A stretch of DNA of 63,708 nucleotides, the filler included, from Reticulomyxa filosa (taxonomy: Eukaryota; Protista; Foraminifera): assembly GCA_000512085.1 (NCBI GenBank). It is 17 parts of 17 records of this genome, joined end to end, with 100 filler letters (N's around TTAATTAATTAA, not from the genome) between each part and the next. Parts side by side here need not be neighbours in the genome. Positions count along the whole stretch, not along the records: positions 14,432 to 17,998 come from ASPP01029624.1; positions 18,099 to 20,201 come from ASPP01004437.1; positions 20,302 to 22,771 come from ASPP01025413.1; positions 22,872 to 27,192 come from ASPP01018863.1; positions 27,293 to 29,515 come from ASPP01024745.1; 12 more parts are not named here. One strand, 5' to 3'. How positions within the stretch are numbered: position 1 is the stretch's first letter; each line of letters starts with the position of its first letter. This document shows, piece after piece, positions 14,332-27,889 of the stretch. The notes below the pieces were generated by a model that saw only the letters and a program-made list of their open reading frames with translations, made no database searches and had not been told where the DNA came from. The translations under genes were made by a program, and so were the position numbers.

Positions 14332-17300
14332 NNNNNNNNNNNNNNNNNNNNNNNNNNNNNNNNNNNNNNNNNNNNTTAATTAATTAANNNNNNNNNNNNN
14401 NNNNNNNNNNNNNNNNNNNNNNNNNNNNNNNAAAACAAATTTTTCATTGGTATTCAAAAGTTATATGTCTTCATTTTTTTTAACATGATAAATAAAGTAT
14501 CCATCAAAGAAAAAATATCTTCTTTGAATGTGAGTTAAAGTAATAATATGTTTAATGTAAAATTTTTATTTATTTATCCTAAGTTATGCTTTAAAATATC
14601 CTGTGATGAAAGGGCTAACGATAGCATTTTCTTATTCTCAATTTTTGAATTAAATATTTGCTTATTTTTTAAAGTTTTTTAAATGGAGGAAAAGTAAATG
14701 TTGGGATATCATACCTTTTGCATTAGTTATTTATTCTCACATTTGCATTTTTATTCTCCAGTTAACACAAAATAATGAGGTGTGCCGACGTAAAAAATAA
14801 AACAAAAATATATATCCAGTTACCTCTATAAATATGGTTACTTTATTTGTTAGAAATAGTGTTGTCCGTCATAATGCAATGTTTTTTGTAATGATCAATG
14901 AAAAAGGTAATAATTATTTGTTTTCTGTTTTTACAGTTTAATGGGCTTTAATTTTATTTTACATTAATTAATTATAAACAATTTATAATCACAATTACAA
15001 CCGTAGCTGACACACGCTGAAAAAAACTTTCAAATCACAACCAACAAAGCCCAGTTTTGCTAGCAGATCAACATGTTGTTGGCATCTCTGATTTGAATTT
15101 CTTATCATCACATTCCTAGCTCTATTTTTTTGGAAAAAATGTATTTATTTTATTTAGTGAAATTGTTGTAAATGATATCAAGGTAATGTTAGTGCTCTTT
15201 CACTTCTGCAAGTCAATGTTTTTTTAACGCAGCTTGGATTATTCTTTCAATTGTTCTAAAAATTGCCTTTTCTTTTAACTTGTCTAAGTTGGTGCAAGGG
15301 CAACGTTTTACTCCTTTAACTTAAGTAAGACATGAAAGAAAAAAAAAATGGAGCTACCCCTTTTTAGAACACTTTGTTGATATTTCAAATAAATCAAATA
15401 AAATCATTTTAAAACAACTTCAAATCTTTTTTTAACGTTATTTTTGCATACAATTTTTTTAGAGTTAGTTGACTTAAAAAACATATCCAACTATTTAAAA
15501 ATGTGTCTTGAATGTGCTTATTTCTGAACATATGATTATTTATTAAAATAATAAATATATATTTATTTAAAGAAATTTAATGTACGAACTGATGTTATAT
15601 TCATTTGTGATATGAAAAAAAGAAAGTTGAATTACTAAAACAAAAAAATTCACAAAAATTTGTTGGAATAAAAATATGTTAATGAAATGACTTGTCTTCT
15701 TTGTTATTTGCATGAACAATGTTCAAATTTCGTAATAAGAATCAAACCTTTGTTGCAAAAAAGTTGTCGAAAATTTTTTTAAAAAAGTGTTGTTCATGTA
15801 CTTATTTTTAAACATATCACTTTATACATAAATGTCATTTTTATATAATTTAACCAAGTGCAATCTTTTACTTTCGCTGTAATAATAGAAAAAACTTATG
15901 CCATGAAAGAAAATGTGTTAAATGAGAGTTTATTAATATCACACACCAATTCAAAAAAATCATTAGGTGATTTCAAATTATTTCTTACTTTATGTCATTT
16001 CATATCATAAATTATAGATCGACATAATTAATTACACATTTGATAAATTTAATTATATCATAAAATATTTACAATTTGAAGTTGCCAATAATACAGTAAT
16101 TCTACAAGTACAAACATCACCAAACAAACAATTATTCTTCTTTTTGAGATAATGATTAGAAATGTTCAATTTTTTCTACATATGACTTTCTTTCTATTAT
16201 CCATTGTATTCATCCTCTTATAATCACTCGAAAATAAATATTATATCAAAAAAGATGAAGATAACACGATGCAACTAAATTGTCACAGTTCATAATTGAA
16301 ATCGTGCAATAATTGTTCAAAAAACTTGATCAAATATATAACTTGTACTAAGTTCGAAAATAAGCACATTGACCACACTTTTTAAAATTTTTTTATTTAG
16401 CATTTTTATTTTTTTTTTTTTGTTTGAACAGAATTTTTTTGCACATGAAAACAACAAAATGAATTCGGGTAATCTTCAAGAAATATATTTTCTAACAAAA
16501 GTTTTTAGAAAATTTATTTTGATATTTCGGATTATGTATTGCAACTATGTTTTTTTCAAATCACAAATGAATATTTACAAACTCGGAATAAATTTATTAT
16601 ATTTTCCTTTGATTAAATTGATGTAATTTCTGTAGAAAAATATATGTTTATTTTAAGTAAACATATGTCCGGAAAGTAGCATATTCAGGACACATTTTTT
16701 AAGATTTTTTTTTTTATTCAACTAACTTTAACAAAAAACAAGTTATAAAAGAGGTTATGAAATTTGCTGTAGAATTGATTGCATTTGTTTTGAAAATATC
16801 AATGACAAAACTAATAACTGGACTACATTTTGTTTTTTATTTTATTTAAATATGAGATGAATAATAAGCATTACACTGTAATAAAGATAAAAAAAGCTTT
16901 GTGACATATGTTTACTTTTTGCAACATATTTTCTGAACTACTCGTTAAATTTTTTAAAGATACATATTTTCAGCGTTTCGGCAATCATGATGTAATGACA
17001 CATCAAAAGAATTAATATCAGTTTGTTTCATTTAAAAATCCGAAAACGAACAAATACCAAGGGTCACTGCATAGCAACAAAAGTGTTGATGATAAAATAA
17101 CAAATTAGCATATGGTTTTGTGTGCTCATCGTGCAATAATTCAATTTTGATTAAATGCTAGAGCAAATTGGTGAATGGCATGAAAAAAGTATGTCATTAT
17201 TGCATCCACGAGATTACTAGTAGAAAAATGAAAATGATAAAAGATCTATTTTTTAAAACATATATTTGTGGCAAAGATAATTATCCCAAAGATAATGAAA

Positions 17301-18539
17301 AAAAAAGCACATTGTGTAAGAGTCTGTCCATGTGATGTTTTTTTATCCACGATTTTATAATTAATCATTTCTAATTTTATTCTCAATTTCCTAACCTTAT
17401 TCAAATAGGATATGATCCCTCTGAAAGAAACATGTTCCAATGGATAACTACTTTATCACTTGAAATGTAAAAGATAGGTCAAGTAATGATTATAGATTGC
17501 AAAGACTGAATTTTGAAATGTGATGTTGATCAAATATGTCCCTACAAAATGTTTTTAAAAAGAGGTATTGAAAAATACCACTATGTGCACATTAGTGATT
17601 GACTGATCACAATATCTACATGTTTGCCTAAGATTAATCAAATCAGAAGTAGAAAGCCTTGCACAATGAATGGATCATGAGATGTGTTGTCTGACATTGA
17701 AAAAATCTAAATACAAGATTTTTGTATTTATCTAATTGGGGCAATTGAAGTTGCACACTTAAACTGGATTCTGATGTGTTATCAACTGTTGGATGCTTTA
17801 ACGATCGTTGCCAATATTTAGTATGTCGGCGAGCTTTAGTCGGTAGGTTTGATCGACTCAGGACAGTGTCAAAAGTCAGGGCCAAAGCAAGAGGACATTG
17901 ACTGATACTTTATGTTTGAGAGGTAGAAAGGCCAAAACAGTCATATTTATCAAGTGTTGCATCTTTGGAAAAAAAAGTCTGAAAAGGGGAACTGGTTCNN
18001 NNNNNNNNNNNNNNNNNNNNNNNNNNNNNNNNNNNNNNNNNNTTAATTAATTAANNNNNNNNNNNNNNNNNNNNNNNNNNNNNNNNNNNNNNNNNNNNTA
18101 AGGCCCCCCGTCTCCGCAAGGAGTAAACACGGTTTGTTAGACATATGCACATATATACATTTTTATATACTCAATTGTCTGTGTTTTTAATAACAGCCTC
18201 CACCCGTCTAGCAAAAAAAAAAAAAAATACGTACACACCACATCCACTCCAAAGAAAAATTTCGGGGTTGAAGCCACCCTGCGTTTAAAAAAAAATGAAA
18301 GAGTTGAATTTTTTATTATTTTTTTTATTTTATTATAAAACGTTTGTTTGTTTTGTTTTTGTCAATAGGCATGCAAACCTCCACCCCCCAAATTTGTTGA
18401 ACCCCCCCTAATGTGACAAAAGAAAAAAAAATAGGGCTCTACACGGCGTGGCAAAGCAGCAAAGAGAGCATACAACTGGATCTGTCGGCGCCGACGAACA
18501 AGAAAAACTCGACCGTTGTGAAAATTGGCGCTAGTTTAT

Positions 18540-20201
18540 GAATTCGAGGGCGTGCCGATTACTTTCGCTGGACTGTCTCCGAGATCGGTTATGTACTGAC
18601 AGACGACTTGTGGATGCGACTCAATACTTGTATTCGTTGCATTGTCCAGCACTTGAAGAACGACGAATACGTCCAAGACCGAAGAAGAAGATAATAATGG
18701 TACTATCATTGGACTGCCAATTTAAACGCCGGACATGGCCGTTAGTGGAAATGCTCGCACTCATGACCATGTGTCTATCATCACATGGCGACTGGAGCGT
18801 ATGGAATTCGTATTGGAAAGCATATACTGTGATATGGCATTGGTACAGTTGGACAAGATTTTTTCAAATAAAATTCGAACGACCTTGATTTCGTAGTTGT
18901 AAGGCATCAAGAAGTTTGCCAAGATAAAAAAAAAAGAAAACGTAATGATTCGCGCAAATGAACATTACAATGTCGCAACGGCGGCAGCGATGGAATTTAT
19001 CGAAGAAGTAGAAAAAGACGTGTACGTTGTTACATATGGCGACCGAGCGAACAGTTGCATGGTAAGAATCTTTCAATGTTCGAATGGCTCAATTTGGTGT
19101 AGGGTTGATGAAAAACTCAATCAAAAATTACCAGCAAATAAGAAGATGATAATGAGAAAGAGAATAAAGGCAGCTCAAAGACTCTGGGAGGGTGGGACAT
19201 ATACCGTTGAATTTGTTTTTTTTTAAAAAAATAGTTGTCGGCTTTTCGACGTTTAGTTATGAATGGCTCTTTACGTACGCAAGTAGCGACTTTGCGCATT
19301 ATCGAGCATATGCTCAGCAGTCGAGTGTATTACTCCACCACGCCTCCTCCCCTCCCGAAGATGTTGCTGCTATGATTACAAATCGTTCGAATCATTCGGA
19401 TTCGCGAAGTGGAGGGATCTCTTATTGGCAAGGCCTTTATTCAAGAAATGGTACAAGCCTTTCAATGCTACCAAGTCCGTTCAATGATCCAACATAATGG
19501 AATACTTGATGGGAGCTGATTGTTATCATGGATTATATATACAGCCTATGTCTCAAGTTATAATGTTTCTTTTTTTTAATGGAAATAAAAACAAAGGAAA
19601 TTTGAAAAAAATACATTACAAATTGTTCATTCGCAATAGCTCAAACATTTGGATTGGAAATGAATACATTGCTTTCGGATATAAAAGAAAAGAAGAAGTG
19701 GACAAAATAAGACAGACCAAAACGCAACAGATAGCAAGTGCAATTCGGCTGCAAGAATGGAGTTTTGTGTGGAAGAAATTGAAACAAGCGACAGAAATAA
19801 TTCAAAGATGCAATGAATATCAAACATGGTAGATATTTGAACAAACGTTAACCGATTGACTAATAGGGTAGACATTATGTTACAGAAATTGCAAGAGAAA
19901 AAAAAAGTGGAGATTAGAGGACACAGCGGAGTTATATGATGCCAGCGTCAAATATGGGATGGGTGTGGTCTGACACATATTGAAGTTGGAATTGATTATT
20001 GAAAGCGAAGACAAGTTCAAGGAATTTGCGGCGAATGAATTGTTTATGGACATGGAAAAATTTGAAGACGTTGGAGGGGTCTCGACAAAAGTATCGTCCA
20101 GACGAAGTAGAGTATACGATCGATCGATTGACGCTTGGATTGAAGGATGAACAAAGACAAAACATCGAGTCCATTGTTTTTTGCAATATGGTATCTGAAA
20201 A
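18540..20201 (+). pseudogene. Another copy of the dispersed decayed family, extending into further coding-like sequence
   Basis: GGATGCGACTCAATACTTGTATTCGTTG (~18612) matches the reverse complement of ~4835-4866. GGCTCAATTTGGTG (~19086) matches rc ~3779-3792. WLFTYASSDFAHY here corresponds to WPFTYTSSDFAHF in copy 1. Confidence 0.7.
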
Positions 20202-20301
20202 NNNNNNNNNNNNNNNNNNNNNNNNNNNNNNNNNNNNNNNNNNNNTTAATTAATTAANNNNNNNNNNNNNNNNNNNNNNNNNNNNNNNNNNNNNNNNNNN
20301 N

Positions 20302-22567
20302 GTCTCATGGGCATAAGCGAGCATTTCTTGGAACCAGCGATTGACATTGGCAACTTCTTGTTCGTCTCGAACATTGGCACCGGCTTGCAACAAGCCCAAC
20401 GCCATGCCAGCGGCTTCTCCGGGGACAGCTCGATCGTTATAAAGGATATCTTTAACAGCGGTCATGAATCGTTCCTCTTGCAAGCCCAAGGCGGCCAATG
20501 CCAATCCCAAACAACTGCCGTGTTGCAAGATTTCATTCGACGCTTGGATCAATTGTTCCAACAGATATTCCCTGACTTTGAAACAGGTATTTGGATTGCT
20601 ATCTCCGCAATGGATCATTCCGAGTGCGTATAACGATCCTCCCTCTTGATAAGGACCTCCACCACTTCCAGGCAAATAGCGTTCCAAGATTGTCATCGAC
20701 GATTTGATGTGATGTCGATGGATCATTCCCAAGGTCGCCACGCTGGCGAACTTGGCCCAGTGTGCACTTCGACTCATCCATTCCAAGTTGTCACGTAAAA
20801 ACTGGTCGATCGTCGTTCCGCTGTGCGTCAGTCCATTGCAACATACAACGCGTTATTCTTCACAGAGTCTCTCTCCGATATCGCCTCTTTCATCTGCTTC
20901 AATACCAATAGATCGCTATGGTTGTTGCGGAATAAAAAGTCCAGTTTCAATGGTATCACCCCGATTCCTAATAATATCGAACGCAATTTATCCCATCGCT
21001 TCAACAGCTCTTCTGCCCATGGCTCTCTTTCTTCTTCTTCCTTCACTTGGCCTTGATCTTGACCTTGGTCTTGAGGTTGTGCCTCTGTTCCACCTTCGCC
21101 TTCATTGCCTGCTGTTGCACTTGCACTTGCATTTGCATTTGTATTTGTATTTGTATTTGCATCACTTGAAATCGGCTTTTTGGGAACGGTGGTGATCACG
21201 TCTTCCGGACGCTGCGAACGCGGTGGTTTGGGAATGTGATCAAAGATCGCTCGTTCTGATATTCCGCCAAGTCAAAGGCCACTTGAAGCGCTAGGCCTTC
21301 TTGTTCTTTCTTTTGACACAGTGCCCATAACACTCGAGATATCTCTTGTGGCTGTCCTGTTTTGTTTTATTTTTTATCGACACATAATAACATATGCAAT
21401 ATATATACATATATATATATATATTGCATATGTGTATAAAGACCTAACCTAAATAAAAGTAGCAACGACAAAGATTAGAATAGTTGACAGAGCTTTGTTG
21501 CTCATACAATTTTGCCAATTCGACCAATACCTCTCCACGAAATATTTTTGATGTCACCACTGTCTCACACAAATTGAAACAGTGATCGATCATCTCACTT
21601 GGATTATCTGTTTTTGTTATTAGTATTATTCTCACTATCATCAATTGATGCTTTGCTTTGTCTCATTGCATCACTTTCCATACATACACACATATGTTCT
21701 TTCTATTGATTATGTTGTAATGTTGTACTATTGTAATATTGTATTGCACTGCATTGTTGTGTTATAAAAATGGACAACTGGAAGAATGAATGGCCTTCAA
21801 GATATGGTCCATTCTTCTCAATTCCAAAGCTATTCCGAGAGCATGTTTGCTATCGCCCACTTGGTAGCAGTAGTTTAACATGCGCTCCACAATTTCTATC
21901 AATCGTCGATCAATTTTTGTTGGCTCCGTCGTTGTCACTCTTCTTTTTTTTTTTTTACAAAAAAAAAATACTGATATTGTATAGTAATCAATCTTTTTTT
22001 AAAAAAAAACAAAAACCTTTGTCAAAAGCATATTGCACTTGAGCATAAAAGCGATAGCTGTCAATGCATTGTTCCGTAAGTTTTTGGACATATTCACTGT
22101 GCTCATCAATTTGGAATTGCTCTCCTGCAGATAGTGCATGATGCAATGCATCTTCGTAGCTTTGCATATGAAAGAATACCTTTGATGCTAACAATGATGC
22201 CGACTTTGCATACGGTTCATTCGTTTTCTCCGATAATTCTTCACTTTTTATTTTATTATTGTTATCATTATTATTATTATTTTTTTTTTGAAACAAATAA
22301 ATAACAAATAAGGAAGATAAAAAACATTTTGGAAAGTCGGTCTGCAATTTCAGCCCAGCTGTGAAAAATCAATTCATGCAAGGTCTGCAATGCACTTTCT
22401 ATCACATTGGGATCATTTTCGTCCAAATGTGTTAATATGCCTGGATGCATTCACACAATCAAATAGATATTCAATCCCTTTTTTATTATTTTGGCTAGTC
22501 AACGTTCTTTACTTTTACTTGGCCACAAACTTTCTGTACTCACAAAGGAGTCCAATAACAGGGTCAT
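20302..22567 (-). CDS. RPN2: 26S proteasome regulatory subunit RPN2/PSMD1 (multi-exon, 3'-truncated, two apparent frameshifts)
   Basis: ILTHLDENDPNVIESALQTL..WAEIAD; ASLLASKVFFHMQSYEDALHHALSAG; GIALELRRMD; FLFRNNHSDL; GTTIDQFLRDNLEWMSRSAHWAKFASVATLGMIH; YQEGGSLYALGMIH; HGSCLGLALA; GEAAGMALGL. Confidence 0.95.
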
Positions 22568-22871
22568 CTCTGATGTGTTAGGATATCACTTGTTTGTATT
22601 TTATATTTTTTCAGAGAGGATATTCAATCTTCTTTCAAAAAAAGATGATAGTATTTTTTTTTATTAAATTCTCTACTACGTTCAGCTCTTTTTACTCACA
22701 AAACAAAACGAACGAAAAAAACCCCATAAACAATGCGTAAACACCTTCAAGAGAAGGAGTTTTGTGAATCTNNNNNNNNNNNNNNNNNNNNNNNNNNNNN
22801 NNNNNNNNNNNNNNNTTAATTAATTAANNNNNNNNNNNNNNNNNNNNNNNNNNNNNNNNNNNNNNNNNNNN

Positions 22872-23170
22872 GGCATTTTAGGTGTCAACTTTCTTTTTTA
22901 TCTTACTGTACTTTTCTTATTATTTTTTTTCTTTTCATATTAATAAAATTTTTATATTTCTATTTTCTTTTTTCATATATTTTCTATTCTATTCTTTCTT
23001 TCTTAATAAAAATTTTCATTCTTTTTTTTTACATTATATTTTCTTTTTCATTCTTTTCTTAATAAAAAATTTTCATTTTCTTTTTACCATGTTTTTTTTC
23101 ATTATTATTTTTTTTATTATCACTTTTTTTTTCTTCATTATTATTCATTATTTTTTTTATTAATATTCCC
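22872..23170. repeat. Low-complexity T-rich tract
   Basis: Almost entirely T/A with short repeated TTTTCATT motifs; the Phe-rich ORF here is spurious. Confidence 0.8.
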
Positions 23171-24099
23171 CCTTACTTTTTTTTCAAATCATTTAAAAAA
23201 TATATACACTTTTTGGACCCTGGATATCTATACGTACACATTCAAACAAAATTATTTTTTAATTTTTCTAAGAGCAAATAAAAAAACATAACTAGACAGC
23301 GTAGTCGATCTCCAATTTCAATTTTTTTTTCCCTTTAAAAACACCACAATTTCTTTTTTTTGTTTTTTGGTATGTACAATAAAAAAAAAATTTATGTATA
23401 CATATTTCTCTTTGTGTGAATTCCTATTTTACACGCACAATCAATCACATTATATAACAAAAGAAAAAATGAACAAATAAATATACAAACCTTATTTTGT
23501 TTTTTCGGAAGCATGTGTGGAGTTCAAACCCATTATCTTTTTTGGAGTATGTTGGGAAGGTGAACTATAACGGTGGGCAAATCTTTGATGACCGTAGATT
23601 ACTGTATCACATAAAATAAGTTAATGTATTTTAAAATATATTTATATAAACAAACCAATTTCTCTACTTTCGGAAACGATATATCATCTTCTGCATCGTT
23701 GTACTAGTGATTATTGATGTTAGCACTATGTTGTGCAACTCACTAGAATACTTCCAATAAATTTTTTCAAATAATATATCACATACTATATACATTAACA
23801 ATACATATTTTTAAAAATATCACCAAAAACAAACTATATACATCTAATTATTTATTTATACACATTTTAAAGTTAGTAACATATATGACAAAAGGACCAT
23901 TTATAACTGGTGAGTATTATTTTGCACACTGACAATTCAATGGACGACTAGTCGTGTACAGTCAGTTGAGAAATTTTTTGTAGTGGTCCGCTGGCGCTGT
24001 TACAAGAGTTGTGGCGTCATCATGTGAATTATCATTGAAAATACAGATTACACCAACTCAATGCTCCAGCATTGACACCAAATAAAGACAACGCGTTCA

Positions 24100-24560
24100 T
24101 CGACTGTTTTTTTTCTTTGGGACTTTCAGCCCAGATGCGATAAGGTGTTGATGGACTTGGCTAACGTGTTAGTAAATTGTCGCACGAGATATCTCCAATT
24201 ACGAAATTGAGTGCGCGTTAATTTTTCTTTGTCACGATTCTCAAATCTTCTCGGTGATTTACTCTTGAGCGTCCATTCCACAACTTCAAATAACGTATCA
24301 ACCTTGCCCTTTATTGTCCTGCAGTCGTCCTGTAGTTTGTTTTAATGTGATGTGTTTTGTTTTGTTTTTTAGAAAGTTATATGCTAAACGAATAAACTGG
24401 TTCTGTTTAAAATTCCCAGCGCCAATCCAACAGCAAGTTCTCGGAATTGATCACAACATTATCTTCGAAATCAATTAATCTCACCATGTGCACTGCACGT
24501 CGTTTCCTCCTCTATCCAAAATACCGAGTGCCTTAAACGTTCCAAAATTAAAAAGGATAC
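24100..24560 (-). pseudogene. Possible decayed EF-hand (calcineurin-B/recoverin-like) gene
   Basis: Broken frames give ..FRELAVGLALGIL.. followed by TIKGKVDTLFEV, resembling the IDFRE...L...GT.EEK....F pattern. Confidence 0.3.
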
Positions 24561-25435
24561 TTTTCTCTTTTCTTAAAAAAGAAACACACAAACGAATAAC
24601 AAAAATGTAACAAACGTGGATGCAAATGTACCAGGCCACACTATTTTTGCAAGTATATGCATACACATTTACTTGTCATTTGCTTTATTGCAAATTTTTT
24701 TCAAAATTTTTATCTCGGCTGCTCTCTTGACAAATAAGAATAATCAAAACAATGTGATTGTTATTTGCAAGTTTGTAACAAAGTGCAAAACAGCAACTTC
24801 AAAGTAGTGACGGACGCATGAAAAATTTGGAGCTTACTAATATTTAGATTAAAGTTTTTCAATTGTAATTTCAAATAAATACGCTTACAATGCAAATTAC
24901 ACGTTAACAAATTCTTTTTGTTGAACATTGCATTCGATAAATATTCCTTGTTATAGTTTAAGAATCATCACAATGTAAAAACTAAAAAAATGTTACTTTA
25001 TGCTTTCTTATTTCTGGATTAGTTTATATTATTTTTCAAAATGACAAACAATTTGTGTTTATGTTTTAGCTATTTTTATCTCACTTGTTTTGGTTTGACG
25101 ACAATGAAACGAACATGCAAATATTTTTTTCTGTTGCTAAATCTAAAAACTTGTTATATATTCACTTGAAGGAATACACACAAGTGTTGATAGCTAATCT
25201 TTTTCTCTTTCTCTTCTGTTCCCTTTGATTTCTTCAAGAATATAGAAGACTTTTTCAAGATGATGAGTGTATGTTGTTAGATCTTTCACAGTACAAATGT
25301 TTGTATGGACAAGCGATAAAGCAAGTAAGTGCAAATCGAGGTAATATCTCAAAAAAAAGGTTGTGACTTATCCACAAAAATTGTATAATTACACCTCTTT
25401 TTAGAATGGAAAGAAATAGGGATAGAAAAGAAAAG

Positions 25436-26353
25436 TTATGGTTGAAGGAGTGCTGCTTGCCAAGATTCTTTGTCAGTTTGCGTGTGATTTTGCCGAGTGA
25501 AGACAACCCTGTGGTGAAATCTGTATGGTCCACTTTTCCAAAATTCAATTTGAAGTGCAGTGACATAAAACCCTCCCCAGTGCTTTGGCCGAGGCACTTT
25601 TTGATCCTGTTCACATTTCGTATTTAGCTGTTCAAGTTTTTTTTCCAACTGGCCCCTATTCTCAACTGTACGACTCTGTTCGCTCACTGCACTGCACAAT
25701 TGCGACTGATAAGGTCTTGAATTCCAATATTCGTCCGAAACCTGGTCACTCGTTTTTTCGACAACGCCTTGCACACGCACCGCCGCATGTAAAGGCTCCC
25801 AATAAAACAATAGACTGCACTGCGGATAAGCTGTCAATTGTTTTCCTTTGTTCGATTCGTAATTTGTGAAAAATGTGAAAACGCCTTTGCTGTTGTCTCG
25901 GCCTTTCAACAATACGAAGCGCGAATCTGGAAAAAGCAAAGACTTGGCCGATTTATCATCACCAGAGCTAAGATTTTTCGTTGATATTGTTGATATGCAC
26001 ATTGCATTGGGCTCGCCTATCCAAGGGTGCTGTTGTGCAATTGAAAACCACTCTTGGAACCATGACATTATTTGATTGGTTGATACTTGTGACAATTCCG
26101 CAACTGTCGATTCAATGTTTTTTATGTTTCGCAGTAATCGATCTTCCAAATCTTGCGATGGCTCTTTTACTTCTTTTTTTTTGCTTTGAAGGGCTTTTTT
26201 TTTTCCCGCGGGAGGGTTCTTTACCAGGTCGTTTTTCATTGACAAATATACGTCATTACGCAACACCTCATTTTCTTCTTTCTTGGACAATTGTTCAAGC
26301 AATTTTTCCAGACGAAAAGTCATTCTTTCCCAATGTTTTCTTGAAAAAAACAA
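25436..26353 (-). CDS. PNPO: Pyridoxamine/pyridoxine 5'-phosphate oxidase (true start probably in an upstream exon)
   Basis: FQEWF..A..EPNAMCIST; PDSRFVLLK; FFTNYESNKGKQL; LFYWEPL..VRVQGVVEK; YWNSRPYQSQL; PRPKHWGG; IEFW..RFHHR; W....LQP* C-terminus. Confidence 0.95.
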   Translation of the reverse strand: MFFSRKHWERMTFRLEKLLEQLSKKEENEVLRNDVYLSMKNDLVKNPPAGKKKALQSKKKEVKEPSQDLEDRLLRNIKNIESTVAELSQVSTNQIMSWFQEWFSIAQQHPWIGEPNAMCISTISTKNLSSGDDKSAKSLLFPDSRFVLLKGRDNSKGVFTFFTNYESNKGKQLTAYPQCSLLFYWEPLHAAVRVQGVVEKTSDQVSDEYWNSRPYQSQLCSAVSEQSRTVENRGQLEKKLEQLNTKCEQDQKVPRPKHWGGFYVTALQIEFWKSGPYRFHHRVVFTRQNHTQTDKESWQAALLQP

Positions 26354-26786
26354 AGAACTAATTTGTTGAGAATATTATTTTTTTTATTAAAAAAAAGGGG
26401 TACACTGGAAAACAGTTCTTACACTTCTCTTGATGAGGCCAGCAGTTTGGAGATTTTATTGCTTTTTTAAGGTTTGGAAAACACTCTGTATTGCAATTAA
26501 TAGCATAAAAGCATAAAGTCAGTTAAAAGTTTAAACCACTTTAAATTTAAAATTATGAAAAAGATGCTTCTTCACACCCCCAAGGAAATTTGCAAAATCC
26601 ATTTTTGAAAATTTTTTCTTTATCGAAGTGGATTCCATAAGAGTGGTTCACAGCGGATAAAACTTTAAGATACGTTTATGCAACGTAAGTGTTTAGATGT
26701 GAAGGGTCCAAAACAACTACGTTCAAAAGAGTGTTTTTTTTAACACGTCTTCAGCCCCTGAGAAAAAAAGTAACGTGTGATTGAGA

Positions 26787-27150
26787 TGACATCTCAATTT
26801 CATTCCCTTGCTCTTGAGCTGGGAGTTGACGAGGTTAATTTAGGGTGTTGGGTATTCCTTACACATGTTGATTGTGTATAATTTTTGTTTTTTGTTTGAA
26901 TGAAAACTGTTTTGAAGCAAGTGCTGAAAGACGCCGAGTCGTTCATAACAACAGAATTACGGAATAAAATGACAGTGACTCTGTTTGATTTATTGGACCG
27001 CTTTGATGTAGACACAAGAGTAGCAAAGCTTCTAATGAATCGTTTTGAAAAACGAACAAATGGTAAATTTTTCCTTTTTTTATTTTTATTTAGACACACA
27101 TATACACAATATTTTCATTCAAATTAAAGGATGGATACATACAAAAATGT
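26787..27150 (+). CDS. Hypothetical protein, 5' fragment with introns
   Basis: Protein-like exon VLKQVLKDAESF..LFDLLDRFDVDTRVAKLLMNRFEKRTN followed by a GT..AG intron; cut by the contig end. Confidence 0.35.
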
Positions 27151-27152
27151 AC

Positions 27153-27192
<40 letters not shown>

Positions 27193-27889
27193 NNNNNNNN
27201 NNNNNNNNNNNNNNNNNNNNNNNNNNNNNNNNNNNNTTAATTAATTAANNNNNNNNNNNNNNNNNNNNNNNNNNNNNNNNNNNNNNNNNNNNAGAAGAAT
27301 TGATTATGTTACTTCCCACATGAATGCATCCAATCTCACAATGACGCCTGAATTAATCTGTCATATGGACTGTCAAGAGAGAGGATTGATGGGTGTTTGG
27401 TAAATCTTTACTGACTATCAAAGAATCCCCTGATTTGTGGAATAATTTTAACACAACAATTTCATGTGTAGGGGTGGTATCTTGTTCGCTGTCATTGCTT
27501 CTTCACACCATTTCAATATTTCTACAAAATTTGTTACATTTGATGCAACCAAGCGTGCTTCTCACTAACGACGTGTCCCAATTACATTACAACAAATATT
27601 GGTGATGATGAGTTTGATGAATTGTTCATTAAATTAGGTTGATATCGGTCAGTGATGGATAATATTTTTTTTTATACATTTCTTCAAATCGAATTTATTT
27701 GCATCTTTTCTACTGCTTTTAGATTTAAATCAAAAATTTTTTACGATGCGTATAATTTGAAAAGATTCAGATGAGCTTTGAGAAGTTGAAATTATTATTA
27801 AAAAAAACTAAAAGAAACCACAATTCACAAAAATACAAACATTTTTAATCCAAAAATTTGAGTCAAGTGTTAAATACTTGCAACCGAAT

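Noticed and set aside
14432-17998. Genes in the AT-rich contig
   Set aside because: Only short composition-driven ORFs. One decayed KLRIKLEMINYKIVDK motif near 17350-17400 resembles a WD40/Kelch-family terminus but is too weak to call.
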